From contig OZ025669.1 of the NCBI GenBank assembly GCA_964019335.1, positions 635,094 through 699,093 on the forward strand: a DNA stretch of 64,000 bases, given 5' to 3'. The first letter of the stretch is position 1. Every line of letters starts with the position of its first letter. Of this stretch, positions 1 through 14,000 are shown one piece after another. The translations under genes were made by a program, and so were the position numbers. Under the pieces are notes generated by a model. That model had not been told where the DNA came from. It searched no databases and saw only the letters and a program-made list of their open reading frames with translations. The DNA comes from Diplonema japonicum (Eukaryota > Protista > Euglenozoa: Diplonemea).

Positions 1-1662
1 CGACAGAGATACATCGAGCACCACTTGCGCAGCACGAGGGACGTTTTTCAAGGTGAGCAGTCGCTGCAGATATATGTCCTTGATGAGCTTGAGGTTGCTT
101 CTTACGTCCTTCAGTATTTTGTCCATTGCGAGAGACGCCAGTACGTGCTGGTAGCCTTGGAGGTTGAGCTCATTCTCGTGTTCGATGTCGGCGACGGCGC
201 TCAAAAAGGGTTCTGCGTTTAACTTCCCGTTTGCGAGAGAACTCTGGATGGCTTCCTTGCAGGACACCACCAAGCGATGGTTTAAGATTAGTGCTTTGCG
301 TGTTGCTATGCAGTTCCCCATTGCTGTGGCTGTTTCCCGCTCGGGGGGCAGTGTGCCGCACGCCACAATACTGACCTGGTTCACAAGCATCTCCAAGTCG
401 CATGCGGGCTTCCTCTTTATGATATCTAACTGCTGCAGCTTGTCCAACAGCTCCGAGTAATTCCTCACCATGTCTAATTCTGCTTGCCGCGAAGCAGCGG
501 CCTTGCCTGTTTTTCCTCGCTTTTCCGGCTTCTTGATGTGCTCCTTCTCTTCTAGTAAGTAATCATCTGCTGCGAGCAGTAGCTTTTTGTGTAATCGGTT
601 GAGAAGTGGCTTGTTAGCGTCCAGCAAGGCTGTGATGGGGTGTGAACTCAACTCGCCTGATGTGTGCGTGTTGGCATCTCTTTCGGTTTCCTTGAATTCC
701 ATTTCTTCGATTTGCTGCTCCTTTTCCTTCAGCGTTGCTTCCAAGCTTGCAACCTGTTGCTTCAACTGCTTGATCTCACGCAGGGCCGACCTTGCGTGCT
801 CGTTCATAGACTTCGTGGCGATCACCATATAAGAGCGTATCGTGTCCATGCACCCTGCAACCTTCTTTTGCAGCCACATGATCTTCATTGTGAGAGATCT
901 GCAGTCCCTGGGCCGCACGGAGGGTCGTATTGAGGAAGGGTTTTTCGAAGTGATGCCTAGCTCGGTTTGGAGCGCCTTTGCAGTGTCGGCAATGAGGGCG
1001 AGGTCGGGGGCCAGGGTTATCAGCATGTCCATGGCGCGGTGGGAGATCCTCCCTGGTGGCATGTCTGTGACATCTTCGAGCACGGTCTCGGTAGGTTCTG
1101 ATTCGAACTCATCTTCTTCTTCATCGGACTCTTCTTCTACTACAGTTTCAGGAGTCTCTTCTGATTCGGATGATGATTCCTTCACCACCAACTCTTCCTC
1201 TTCGTATACCTCATTATCTCGCAGGATGACCACCCGTGTACCTTCCCCCTTTACAGCATCGTACCGCTCCGATGCTTGTGCAACCGCATCTTCCACATTG
1301 TGCAGCTTTTCCACATCTGTAATCAGCCTTGTGGCCCGTGAGCATGCCTGTTTCATTTTAATAGACGCTTCTGCCAATTTTGATGTGTCCAGAATAAGCC
1401 GCGCCACTTGCCTTTTTGAGATGACTCCTTGTGCATCCTCACCACTTGAGGTCTGCAGCACTTGAGTGGTGATGCTCTGCATAATGGCCGACGGTGTAGC
1501 TTGCTGGGGTGTTGTTCCCTTGAAGAGCCATGGCTTCCCGCCCTTGTACTGCTCTAAACGCGGCCAGTCGCCAATGTGTTTCTTCGCTTGCTCAATAACA
1601 CTTGCCCGCCCATGCTGGCGGAGCTCTGGCAGCTGCGACACGGAGTCCTCGTCATCATCCAT
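1..1662 (-). CDS. Hypothetical coiled-coil/acidic protein, 3' end runs off the window
   Basis: Manual translation from ATG at 1662 (MDDDEDSVSQLPELRQHG...) stays open to position 1. It has an acidic tract and a coiled coil, with a T-rich tract and TGCAG acceptor upstream. Absent from the ORF track, probably because no stop lies in the window. Confidence 0.8.
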   Translation of the reverse strand, partial: MDDDEDSVSQLPELRQHGRASVIEQAKKHIGDWPRLEQYKGGKPWLFKGTTPQQATPSAIMQSITTQVLQTSSGEDAQGVISKRQVARLILDTSKLAEASIKMKQACSRATRLITDVEKLHNVEDAVAQASERYDAVKGEGTRVVILRDNEVYEEEELVVKESSSESEETPETVVEEESDEEEDEFESEPTETVLEDVTDMPPGRISHRAMDMLITLAPDLALIADTAKALQTELGITSKNPSSIRPSVRPRDCRSLTMKIMWLQKKVAGCMDTIRSYMVIATKSMNEHARSALREIKQLKQQVASLEATLKEKEQQIEEMEFKETERDANTHTSGELSSHPITALLDANKPLLNRLHKKLLLAADDYLLEEKEHIKKPEKRGKTGKAAASRQAELDMVRNYSELLDKLQQLDIIKRKPACDLEMLVNQVSIVACGTLPPERETATAMGNCIATRKALILNHRLVVSCKEAIQSSLANGKLNAEPFLSAVADIEHENELNLQGYQHVLASLAMDKILKDVRSNLKLIKDIYLQRLLTLKNVPRAAQVVLDVSLS

Positions 1663-2043
1663 GTTCACTTGAAGGGATTCTGCAAAGCACCCAGGGAACA
1701 AAAAAAAAGCTCGAAACAGAAATACTGGGGGTAAAAAGAAAGTAAGAAAAATCAGGGAACTATTTGCTATTATGGTCTGTTGAGGTTAAGGTGCGCAGTG
1801 CACATGAATATTAATATGTGAATGCCTATAAACAAATGTGCACCGCACTCCTCCCGCGTGACTCAACGTCATAGTCGTTCCCAATCCAAACAATCGCAGC
1901 AGCGGTGGTAGCATTGCCGTCCGACCATCGAGGCCGCAGCACGTTATATAACATCGACAAGCCATTCCTATCACTAGGCCGACCACTCAGCTTCGTCGTC
2001 GTACTCCATCTCTTCCTAGTGGTGTCGTGTGGTGTGTTGAGTG

Positions 2044-5000
2044 TCATACCTCATCGTCTTCGGCATCCATATCCTCGAGCCCTACAGGCGCACCGTCGGT
2101 GTCTATCGCACGGCAGTTGTAGATTGCGTACTGTAACTTGTCGTGCATCACGTCAGTTGAAGAGTACTCTGGCAGCTCGATTGAGAAGAAACACGTATGT
2201 GCTTGCGGTAGGTAGTCATCGGGGTTACCATCGACGACGTGCGGCTGCACCTTGATGGCCACTGGTAGCCTGGACCGTGCTGCCACAAAACGTAACAAGT
2301 TGGTTAAGTCTTTCTGTGTGAAAGTTTCAAGCGCCTGCCAAAACCTGTGCACTGTTGGGCTGTTTTCGTCGATGTCCTCATAAATAGCACCCCGGTGCAG
2401 CTCCGCCACTGATATCCCGCTCGCACCGCACACACGCCTTTCAAGCACCTTCCACGTGAACAAGTCCAGAACTGCAGGCGGCAGGACATCGATGAAGCCT
2501 TCCCTCATCTCCAGGAGATACTCCTTGGCCTCATTTAACCGTTTCTCGATTACAAGTCTTGCGTATTCTTCTCTGTTATCGAACGTGACCTCCTTATCAC
2601 GCCCGTCTGGGAGCAGCTCGATGACCTGTCCGTCGCTGAGCGTTGTTACAAAGGTTTCGTCGATCGCGTCTTTGAAAAGCTCTGGGGTGATGCCTTTTGT
2701 GTCAATGTTCACGATGCCGTCTAGTGCCGTGAGGCACATCTGGTCGATGGCAGCAAGATCGCTTCTGTCAAAAGGTGTTGAGGTGAGGGTCTTCCACACA
2801 ACAGACGACAGTGAGAGGTCCATCGGCTCGTTGATTGAGAGGCAGCCTGCTATGAGGCGGCCTAAGAATCGGAACTTCGACAACAACAGCTTGTGTTCTG
2901 TTGAAGACGGAGCTGAGCAAGGTCGTGGGATCCATTTATCTCGCGTGTCACCAAAGTTCCCCTTGTAGTTGGGCGACGAGATGAACAGGCTGTTAGGCGC
3001 CTCTTCCATCAATTCCTCGCACACTGTTGTGAGAGACTCTCGGAAGGGCCCCCCAGCATCCTCGGCGGCTTCTCCTTCAAACACAACTGTCCACAACCTG
3101 GCAGATGCATCACATGACTCATGCGATTTAAACGCCCAGGGCCTTTTGCTCCTATACAGGGCGTGCAGTTGGTCAAATAATGTTTCCGTGGTAGGGCCTC
3201 CAGCACCTCCTTTTGCCTGAGCAAAGTAATTCCTTGACAGTAGAATGCTTGCTATCCGCCCCTCGCTGCAAGCTCCAGCAATGATGCCATCAAGCAATGG
3301 TTCCTTGGCCCATGGGAACAATACATCACGCGCACCCATAAACCTCCCTATCAAGGAGCTCTCCTGACCCGGCAAAGTGCCCACGTTACCTAAAACAGGA
3401 GGCATAGCTGCTTCCTGCCCCACATATGCAAGAACCAACCTTGCGAGTACGTTGAAACGTGACAGTATCGTGAGGCAGGATGGAGCATCTTTATCGTTCA
3501 CAGTATGGATCAGGGCCACCTCATCGATTTCAAAGGGTTGTGCACGTTTCCTCTCTTCATTCCCTGTGGAGACATCCAAGGGGCCATGGCCCACGGCTTT
3601 GTGCCAGGCATCACTGTATACCATTGTCAGGTCGTTAAAGGCCTTGTTCGGGACCTGGTCAGTGATAGTGTATGCCCCACGAATGACATTCCCCAACCAA
3701 GACAGTGAGTCGGCAACACCACGGTGTCCTGACGGACAGTACCTAAAGGGAGCTGCCCCGAGGTTTACTACTGCGGAGTCCCCTGATCGGAGGCTCGCAG
3801 CAGGGTTGAGTCCTGAGATAGACGACAGATCCACCTGTGAGAAGGCCACTCCGAGTTCGACACCGTTGTGGCTGTAAGAGATGTCCGCCTTCTTATCAGC
3901 GGTGATGTGGATGATGCAGCCAATGACGTCGCCCACCTTCCACCCCGTGTTGGCCTGCAATCCGTCGTCGTCGAAGAAGAAGTCATCTGCCTCGTCTGCT
4001 TCGTTGCCGCTGAACATAGCCGAGTCGTCCACCCACTCGCCCTCCGTGCTAGCATCATCTCCCTCTCCTTCGTCCCAACCATCGCCTGGCTGCTGAGCTT
4101 CCTGCACGAGTGGTGTCACCTGTGACGACGAAGAATTCTGGTTGAGCCGCCTCTTCCTCCTGGCTCTCTGACGCCGTCGCTTCCTCCTTTCCATAGCCTT
4201 CTTCCGTCGCATTGTGTCACCATCTCTGCTCGACTTATTGTCACCGTCCTGCATCGCATAAGGGCTAGATTTTCTGTCGTGCCAGATGCACGTCCGCATT
4301 CCATCGTAAGCCCAGCTGTGCACATCGTCACCCACACCATGCCCACCTTCTGAGTCGCAAGTGAAATTTTTGGAATCAGCCCATCCGACTTGCATGAGGC
4401 TACAATTCTCGATCTCTATTTCATAATACCACTTTCCACACCCCACAGCAACATTGCCCATGATTGTAGTAAAATTGTGATACGACTCAGCTTGCGCCTT
4501 AGGACAGGCGACTGCTAGGAGCAGAGGCCCTGGACCACTGCTTACTGAAGGATGCTCGCCTCTCTTCGCCCACGGCACGCTGCTTGTCGAACCCAGAGAG
4601 TGGTTGGACTGGAAGGACTTCGCCACATTCGCCTCCTCAAAGCTGTCGTTCCACACACCTCTCAATGTAACACCAAGGCCTACAGCCATGAAGTCAGCAG
4701 TAGGCCCGCCGTATCTCACCCAACCCTCGGGCAGTGCACACTGATGCGCATTCTCTGTGAGGCAAGAAGGAAGCCCCTTCCCGTTTGAAAAAGATTGTGC
4801 TGCCGCGGAAAACACGGTCAGTAGATTGTGTACACCGTTGGCAACAGCTTCTTCGGGAGGGACGTCTGTGACGGGCTTGCTCTTGATGTCAGGCAGCAAA
4901 CAGTTCTTTGCATGCATCAGAGTTATCAGTGCCTGCAGATACATCGATAGAATGTCACCTGTACCCGACTTCGATTCGATCTCAGGGACAAGCTGTCTAT

Positions 5001-8000
5001 TGTACGAGGTTAGGAGCCCTCCAAGTTTCGTCTCCAAGTGCTGGATATCAAGGCAATCATAGGGCGCGGCATGGAAGAGCCTCGCCATCAAAAGCAAAAC
5101 TTGTCTCCGACGCCATCCCACTGACGTGTGAGCATGACTCAGCAAAGAAACAATGGTGCTCATTTTGAACACAGACTGCGAGAGATCAGAACAAGCAACA
5201 GCCTCAATGAAGAGAATCCCCAAGTGGAAGCTGTTGAATTGTGGTCCCGTGTAATCTACATCCAACAGCCGTAGTGCCTCCTGTACGAGGAGTGAAGCAA
5301 GCTCCTCACGTGCACTATACGTACGTAGCAGCGTGTAGAGTCCTTTATTCACGGATTCCTGATCAAGTTGCCCCCTGTACGCCATGGCGGACCCTTTGGC
5401 GATGAATTTCAAGACTAAGAGCGGCGGACCTGTGTCTTCTTCTTCCCAAACAGTGCTCTTGGATGACGCGAGCAGCTGCAATACGCAACGCGCAGCAAAC
5501 GTAAAGCTCAACGCAGCGTCGAGTTTCCATGCTTCTCGTCTTATGTCATTCTCAACGCAGAGCCTGCGGAGCACTTCGCTTCTCTTGAAGACATCATATG
5601 CGTCCCCTTCGTCGGAGTCATTGGCATCGGAGTATCCCTCCCACGCTTCATCGTCAGACATCCCTTCGTCGGTGCCCTCCAAGAATGTCGCGAAGTGGTA
5701 TTCGCTGATGATGTCCGGCAGTTCATTGTCATCTCTGTCGCCATCCTGCCATGGTTGTTGCACTTCCTGCAACGGGTCTTGACAGATCGGTTCGTCAAGC
5801 GTATCTCTGCTGGTTTCATTCTCCTCCTCTTCTTCGTCACCTTCATCAAACTCGTCTCTGTCCGAGATGTCGTCGCCTTCCTCCTCTATTGCATTCAGCG
5901 GCCTGTACGATCGATGCGGCAACACCCAGTTGATCAACGCGCACATCTCTCCCAAGTGTTGGAAAGGTACCGGGTCAGACGTCTCGATCCTGAGTGAGCA
6001 CAATTTCAGTAAGATCAACACAGCGTGGCTTTTCAAAACGCGTGTCACGTCTTTTTCTTGAAGAGAAGTCATGCTGGCGTACAAGGAACGCAGAATCGAC
6101 GGGAGTAGTTTGCTGAAAGCTATTCGTTTCTTCAACTGTGACAGTTTCAGTGTTGGCAACCTGAGCAAAGGTTCCGTGTCGGCGTCAGCCGGGGGATGAT
6201 GAGTGAGAACGTCATTCAAAGAGGTAACGGGCTCCAAAACAGTTACCAGCAGACCGCAGAGGCTCGTCGTCACGTCACTAGTATCGGGTACTTCGTGAGC
6301 CGTGGCCAGCATGTCAGCAACACCTATCATGAGTCTGTCGGTATGGACTTCACGCGGTGGGTTGTGTGCTACATCGACAAGAGCATCAGTTTTGGACCTG
6401 ATGTTATTGGAGGCGAGGAAGCTCCCCTTCGCAGTGACTGGTACCACAATGGCAATCGGTCCACTCAGCCTCTGTACAATCACATGCTGCCGTGCTCCCC
6501 GCCGCAGCCTGCACGTCGCCAGCTTCCCTTCGTTAATGCGCACGTCACCGCCACCAAGCACAGACAGAGCAAGGTCTAATCTGCGATGTTGTATCTTGCA
6601 CAGCCGCGTGAGACCATCAGCATCACGTTGCTCGCTGAACGTAGTTTCTGCAGTTTCAGAGTCACCCCGCTCAAGCCTCCTTTGCATGCGGCTCCTCCTG
6701 CGCTGAATACGGCGTGCCTTCCTTCTGGTCTCTTTATCCGACTCTGCTGTGACATCCTCCGTGCCGGTGGAATAGCCGCCTTCGTCATCGCCTTTCTCAT
6801 CTTGCTGCCCCTCTGTGTCTTCACCATCCCCCCGCCGCCTCTTCCTCTGCTTCGGCTGTTCGGAACCTTCAGCGTTAGAAGGTGAATCACAACCACTATC
6901 ACTAGCAGTCAGCTTCACATTTGGAGAGTCAGCTTGCTCGCCTTCGGTGTCCCCGTACGTCGACCTCCGCTCATTCTTCTTCAGGTTCTTTTTGCGCGAA
7001 CTGGATTTTTTGTCAACAGCCTTGGCAATGCCTTGTTCAGTGGTGTCAGGTCCAGTGGACATTAAGGGCTCACCGTCAGGCTTTCTTCTAACCCAGCACT
7101 GCGTGGGGTCCTTGACAATGTTTACGACCACCAACATAATGCACTCCTGCCACGCTGCTTGCTGCAGTAGGATCTTCAACAGCCTGGATGTGGAACGCTG
7201 CACTGAGAAACCCAGGTAGCTCTTTACTACCTGTTGTCGCTTGTGTCGCTCTATCACACCGTACTTCGAAGCGAATCCTATCATAAAGTTAACAGTCGTC
7301 TCGCCGTCCATGGCCGACTCGTTGGGGAAGAGATTCCCGAGGACACTCTGCACAGTGCTGTCGGCAACAGAGGGTGAGATGGCAGGCATCACGATGCGCA
7401 AGAAAGAGAAGGCGTTTTTACAAATCTCCACATTGTGCCGAGGGTCGAAGCTAGCAAGAAGCTGCACTACAATCTTGAGTAACTCAAGTTCTTGGACGAT
7501 CTCAAGCAGCACCGACGGTGCTGTTGTGACTAATGCTGTGGTGAAAGCAAGCCATGCAGAGGCATTATCAGATCTCGCGGCAATGGCCAAGTCGAGCGAC
7601 TGGAGCATGGAACGTTCCCTCTTCAATGATGTCCCGAGCTTCCTTCTCATCTCACGTGCAGCAGAGGCCACTGGGCTTTTTGGAGGCAGGATGTCCATGG
7701 AGGGTGAGTTCCTCCGCGATGACGAGTTCCTTGTCCCTGAGGAATGCCGCGTCAGCAGGTGACACCGTATCTTGTCTACACGCATCCGGTGGTCGGCCTC
7801 GTCTAGTTTTGAGCGTAACTTAGTGAGCTTCCCCTTAACTTCTACATTGTCCCTTTTAAGTGTAACTAATGAATCGTAAGCACTCTTGAGTTCCTCTACA
7901 GCTACGCTGACAACCTTCCTAAGAAAAGATACTTGCATGCCATCCCTGCCAGTGTCCGATTCGCCGTCTGACTCTGCTTCAGTGGTTTCTATCTTCTTGA

Positions 8001-11000
8001 GATCTCCTACAGGAGACTCGCTTGACTTCACAACCTCTTCCTTCTCCCCTTCTGGGGGAAGACTGTTATCGCCGAAGGCAAAGGTGTTTGAATTGATTTC
8101 AGCACCCGGACCTGCCTCCATTGCTGCACGCAGTGCCAAGAGCTGCAGCACTTGCCATGCTTTTGCGCGAAGTGCAGCCAACTTAGGAGGTATGGTGCTT
8201 GTGGCGTCAAAGAGCTGTCGCAGAGTAGACAAAATGTCCAACCGCAGGACCAGACCGTAGTCAGCACCCTTCCATGCACAAGACATCAGATCCAAAAACA
8301 GCTCCACCTTCTCAATGTCACGCTCGCTGCTCTCTCCAATGTCACATCCTTGCCCCACAGTGTCGCTGCTCAGCCTCTTCGCAAGACGCGACACAATAGA
8401 GTACACATTCGTCTGTATTGCCGTCTCCACCTCTCTTCCACAGCAAGCCAGGTTATCGAGGTAGTGGTGCCCTTTGATGGACTTGATAAATGCACGGACC
8501 AGGCCTGAGTTTGCGCTTGGCAAGCTTGGGGGTGCCGCTTCGCCTTCTGAGACAAGTGCTGTAAATTCAAAGATCAGTTTCTCAAAGCAATCAAGGGCAG
8601 ACAACCGCCGCCTTCCTAAGAGGCGTCGCTTTGCAACAAAATCGTCAAAATAGGAAGCGGTCACTCTTTCATCTTGGCAGAATTGCAGGACTGCTGCTTC
8701 GCGCCTCTCAGGTGTCGCACCCAACGTAGCATTACGAGACTTCCTCATCATCCACCGTAGGCGCGAGACAACTACAGAACCACCCATTGCTTTCTTCCAT
8801 GTGCTGGACATCCTCCTCATTTCTGTTGTTGACTCTGACCGCATGAGGTCGGCCATCGTGTTCGTAGCCATCAGAGGGTTCGTCATAGCGTCACCAGCCG
8901 CACGCAGTGATGTTGTAATTTCACGTGTGGGGGGGTGCCTCAGCAGCACCATTGCCCTGCCAAGGACCTCTTTAACAGGGTCCCGTACAGTACCTGATGC
9001 GGACTTCTCTTCATCTTCACATCTGCTGTTTCGAGACTTCTGTCTCAGCTCTAACAACCAATGTCTCAGCTCTTCAACGCGCCTCCACAAGCGCACAGCA
9101 GGACGGGGTGCTTCATCGCCTGCAACCACAGCATCGTGGAGCTTCCCCGCACTGAAACCCATGTGGCAGAGAAGGGCCGCAAAAATTGCTCGCAGCACCT
9201 GATTGATGGAATCGCCTCCTAGATGGGGCTGTGCTGTGGGGAGGTTTTTACGGAGTAGCATCGTAACCAGCTTGCCCCCGTCATCAGTGTTGCCGATAAC
9301 AGACATCCAAAACTCGTGGGGTTCAGTGGCGCTGTCGGCCTCCAATGACAGATCGGTGATCCAGGGAACAAGGGCGTCGTCGATAGGTGTGCAAGGAACC
9401 GAGTACGATGAGGTCAGTGCATGGCAGACACGGGCAGTCGTGTAGATCAACCCCAGGACAACGTCATGCAGCCAATGTACTGAAGGGAAGGGGATGTTTA
9501 CCTGTCCTGTGACAGTGATTTTGAAGCCCCGTTTTTCAATGGGAGGGTGAATATCGTACTTAGCACACGACGTATCGAATTGGAAGATGATCGTGTCTGT
9601 ACCCGCGAAGGTAACGGGGTCATCTGGCCACCCCCGTGGCATGTTCAGAGGCTCTCCCTCCATCTCAGGATCACGTCCCGGCAAGTGAGCTATCAAGCTT
9701 TCGCCATTCAAAACCCACTGCGGATCAAAGGACAGCGACAGCGACGACGCTCCTGGAATACACACCTTCTGCGTTTGTGGAGCATCGTCCTGTCGCGAGA
9801 TTGCATGTACGACGCGCTGCACTGTCAGAGAGCGAGTCTTGTCTGCCTCGCCGCTAAGAAGCTTCTCTTCCGAGTCCAGAACAGACGACATCTTGCTGGC
9901 ACTTGTGAACAACGGCAACAAAGGGGAGAGACCTTTCAAAAACTCTTCTGAGTATGCATTGAGCAATGGAAGCGTACCTACAAAGGTAGGGAACACGTGT
10001 GCAAGGATGGGTGGCTTTTTCATGTCTGGTTTTGCAACAACGGTGCGTAGGTCAACAACAGCAGCGGCAAAGAGATCCCGCATGTAAGGGAAGAATAGTG
10101 TTTTCATGCAGAAGAGACCTTCGTCAGGCGGGGGGCCTCTTGGAGATGTACCTGAAGACGACGGTGTTGACGGGTCAGAGGGTGATGAAGCTGGCACAAC
10201 GTGCTGCCGTACTGTGCGGTGGAGAGCAACTGCAAGCGACGTGAGATTGCTCTGTAATTGAAGTAAAGCTGAACACGCTGCCTTTTTAAGGGGCCTTGAA
10301 AAACTGCCGCCGGGTCCCAGTGCCGTCAGCAACACCCGCGCAAAGGACAACATGATTAGAGACCCTGTTCCCTCCCCGAAAGCCTTCAGGTGTGACTCTC
10401 TCATCATTGCACCAAGGCTGGGGTCCTTCGACAGTGCCTTCAGTGTTCCAAGAAGCATGGCACTCCGACTGCAACTGAGGTTTGTAGCAGACAGGCTGCT
10501 GATGATGTAGTTAACCTTGTTGTAGACAGAAGGGATCCACACAGGTACGTAGGAGCATAGGAAGGAAGTAGCAGCGAGTTTGATAATTGGAAGGTTGCTC
10601 GGATCGTCCAGTACAATTTCAGCCATCTTAACCAAAGGCTTCAAGCAACATTCTTCGCCTCCTAGCCCGACTGCGGAAGGTGCTACTTTAGCACGTAGGA
10701 GCATTATCAAGTGAAGAGACGCAAGCCTAAAATAGGTGTAGAGCATCAGAGGAGTGGCACTAGAGTCGATCTCAGAGAGTTGCTTAAACGTCGGGGCAGC
10801 TACATCGGTCACGAAAGGTATTGAGAAGCAAAGGCCTTCGCTTGTTCTAGCGGCATCAATAAACTTAACAGAAGCGCTGAGAAGCGTTGTCACAACTTCA
10901 CATCCCTGAGTTTCCTTCGCACTGGGGATCGAGTCTGTAAGTAGCGAGGCCTGCATGCTAGCCGCTGCTGCGACTGCAGCCGAGGGATCGTCTTCAGGAC

Positions 11001-14000
11001 CCATGATCGCTGCCGCAAGCGAAGAGTCGGGCCATTTGCAAAGCGGTGGGCTCGATCCGCTAGTTGCTATCACGGTCGAGATCACGGAGTCTGACTTACA
11101 CATCCTGATGCATGCTAGGGATCCACTGGGGAGCTCGGCTATCGCTGTGTTGTCGGCTGCAACATTTGTTATCCCTTTAGCAAGAGTGCCACCCCAGTAC
11201 CAACTGACACCCGAAGGCGACACGTCCAACACTATCGACGCATCCATGCAGCTCCCCTTAGCAGCTCTAATTAACTCACTGAAAGGGAACGAACTCTCCG
11301 GCAGTACGACACCTACTTTTGTTTCCTTTCCGAATGTCCTGCAGAGTATGGCAGACTGCTGCAGCTGCTCGATCGGTGGAAGGATCACAATATTCGGGAC
11401 AACACATTTTGGCGGCGATCCCTGCACGGGGCTTGGCGCACCTGTGATCCACTCAACGGGGCCGTCGAAAGACACGGCTGCTACAGACTCGTCTTTGTGC
11501 CAGGCAGTGCTCACGTCGCGAGGCGTCTCGAAACGCAAAGAAGAGACAACGTCCACCATCACCTGCCCCTTGCCTTCGGTCAGAGGGAGGTACACAGCGA
11601 GGTTCGCCTCCATCCCGGTTAGTGTCATGTGCATGTCACGCTGTATCTCGGTAACTGAACGCGCAGTGTCCCACACACGAAGCTCTAGAAGAGAACCCTT
11701 CAGACCCGCACCTGCAGACCAGCTTTTGTCATTGAGCTTAGGAACGGAAGCACAGGGCGGCGATGTTCCAAGTAGCTCGCCATTGACAATAAGGTGCCAC
11801 ATGTGTCCCCTGAACATAAATGCCAGGTGACACCAGTCTAGCAAAGCTGAGGAGGGGACCTCGACAGTAGCAGCTGCACCCCTCCCTAGCACGTGCCCTG
11901 CTCGGATCTCAGCAGTCCCAGACTCTGTCAAAGAAACGAGAAGTTGCACTTCAGACGCATACGACGAGAAACTAATGAGCTTCATAGTTCCCATTCCCAC
12001 AAGCATGCTGGGGGATATCTTACACCACAGTTCTATCGTGAACTGCACAGAGGGTGCGATGGGCTGAGTCCCCTGCGTAAGCACCGAAACAACGGTTTGA
12101 GAATCCTTGCACCAGTCCAACGGGGCACTGCGTGTAAAGGAATACCTGCCGGAACGAAACCCGATTGCAAGACCACATTCACCACCGCCAAGCTGCAAAC
12201 AGGAAGAGCCCGAACATTTTTCAGCAACAGGCGTAACTTTGAAAGTGCCTGTAGCCAGATCCCATGATGTAAATTGAAGTCTTCTGCTGAGGAGCTCCTC
12301 ACCTACGATTGTGACAGAAGAAGCACCTGCGACCAATCCGTACACATGTATCGAGGGGACGCTAGTAGAGTGAATAGTCCCATCAGGTTTTAGCTCGTTC
12401 TTGCAAATGCTAAACTTGTGAAGCTTAATCTCGTCGTGCGCTGCTTCTATTCTCACTAGCACAGATTTGTTCATATATAAGACCGAAAGAACACTGGCTT
12501 CTAGGTTCAAATACGAAACGACACGGAAAGCTCCCTGTGGAGGCTTCACTAAGTAAAGCAAGTGGCGCCCCTTGGCAAGGATAATCTCTTCTTCGCTAAC
12601 TGCGCATGCAACATAACCAGACTCCTCCATGTTCGCGGGCCACTCAGCAACAGGTGTCCACAACGGTCTCCCTTGAGTGAAGGGCATCAACAACCCGGCC
12701 ATTCTAGGCAGCTTAGAGCTGAGCGCGTGGAAGGTGCTTTGCAGACCAGGGAGCTCGATGTCAGGAGGCAGTTTTCTTAATAGAGAAACCGCAGACAAGA
12801 TATCGCGGACGCTGCCGCGTGTCACCGATAATTTCACGAGCCCACATGTGATGTCTACTAGAACACGTGACTTGTTCTCCTGTGGTATTGGACTCGGCAT
12901 ATCACTCAGAAGAGCATGTGCAGACGTGTTCAAGAAGCCCTGCACAGCTGTAACAAGTTCTGGTGGCAGAGGTGGTGAGGGAGAAGTAGCAGCTAGAGCG
13001 AACGGTGCCACGCCCTCGAGAGCGGCCAAGACAGCACGGGACATGGCCTCCGTGACACCAGGAAAAGGAGAAGCTGACGCGTGGTCGACAAGAGTGAAAA
13101 GCATGTCCATGCGCTCCGACTCTGTCCGCAGCCCCTCGCTACCTCGTCGCGGACGACGAAAGTGGGCTGCTGCCTGTTGTTGCGGTGGTAATCGGTTAAC
13201 AAAAGACTCCTCTATGGGGGCCTTAAGCAGTTTCGGCACTACCGCACTGAAAATGAGGTTGAGAACGGCGAGGCGCTTTTCGTGAAGTGCCGAATACGAA
13301 GCATGGCCACTGCCCTCAAGAGAAGGTCTTGTGACACTTCGCGAAAGGTGTGCTTCCAGCTGCTGTGGGGGTAACGACACAACATCGTCTGTAGCGACAC
13401 CGTTGTGCGATGTGAGCGGGAGTGGTGCTATGGGGTGCATGTATTCTGTTTCGGGCTCTTCTTCGTCTGACCACTGCAACGCCGGTAGCGGTGCCTGCGC
13501 CTCGCCAAGCTCGTCATCGCTGAACTCAGATGAATGGATGCTCCTGTCGTCTGCGGTGACAACAGACTCGTTGAGAGACGAGGAGTCCGAGTAATCCAAA
13601 ATGCTCATGCCTTCAGAGGAGCTACTGTGTGACGACGACTCGCGGAGGATCATGCTGGGGTGTGACACGGGTACATTGCTCCAGATCTTCACGGGGTCTG
13701 TCACGGCCGATATCTGAAGCAGCTTTGTGGCTGTTGGTATGTACTTACTGTACTGTGCTTCGTTGAACAGGTCACTCAATGGGAAGCGCGACCAGTCCAT
13801 CTCATTCGGGCCGTCCAGCTGGGGTGCAGGCTGGAAGCTTTCTCCGGACTCGATCGGCACAGCAGCATCCCACCAGGACTCCGGAAGGACTCCATCAGCG
13901 AGCGGCTGAGATTCTTGTGCATCAAGAGACTGGCACGGTAGGTAAGCAGTGGGAGGTGTAGCCGTTGTGTTACTCACTGGTACACTAGTTGGAGCGGCTG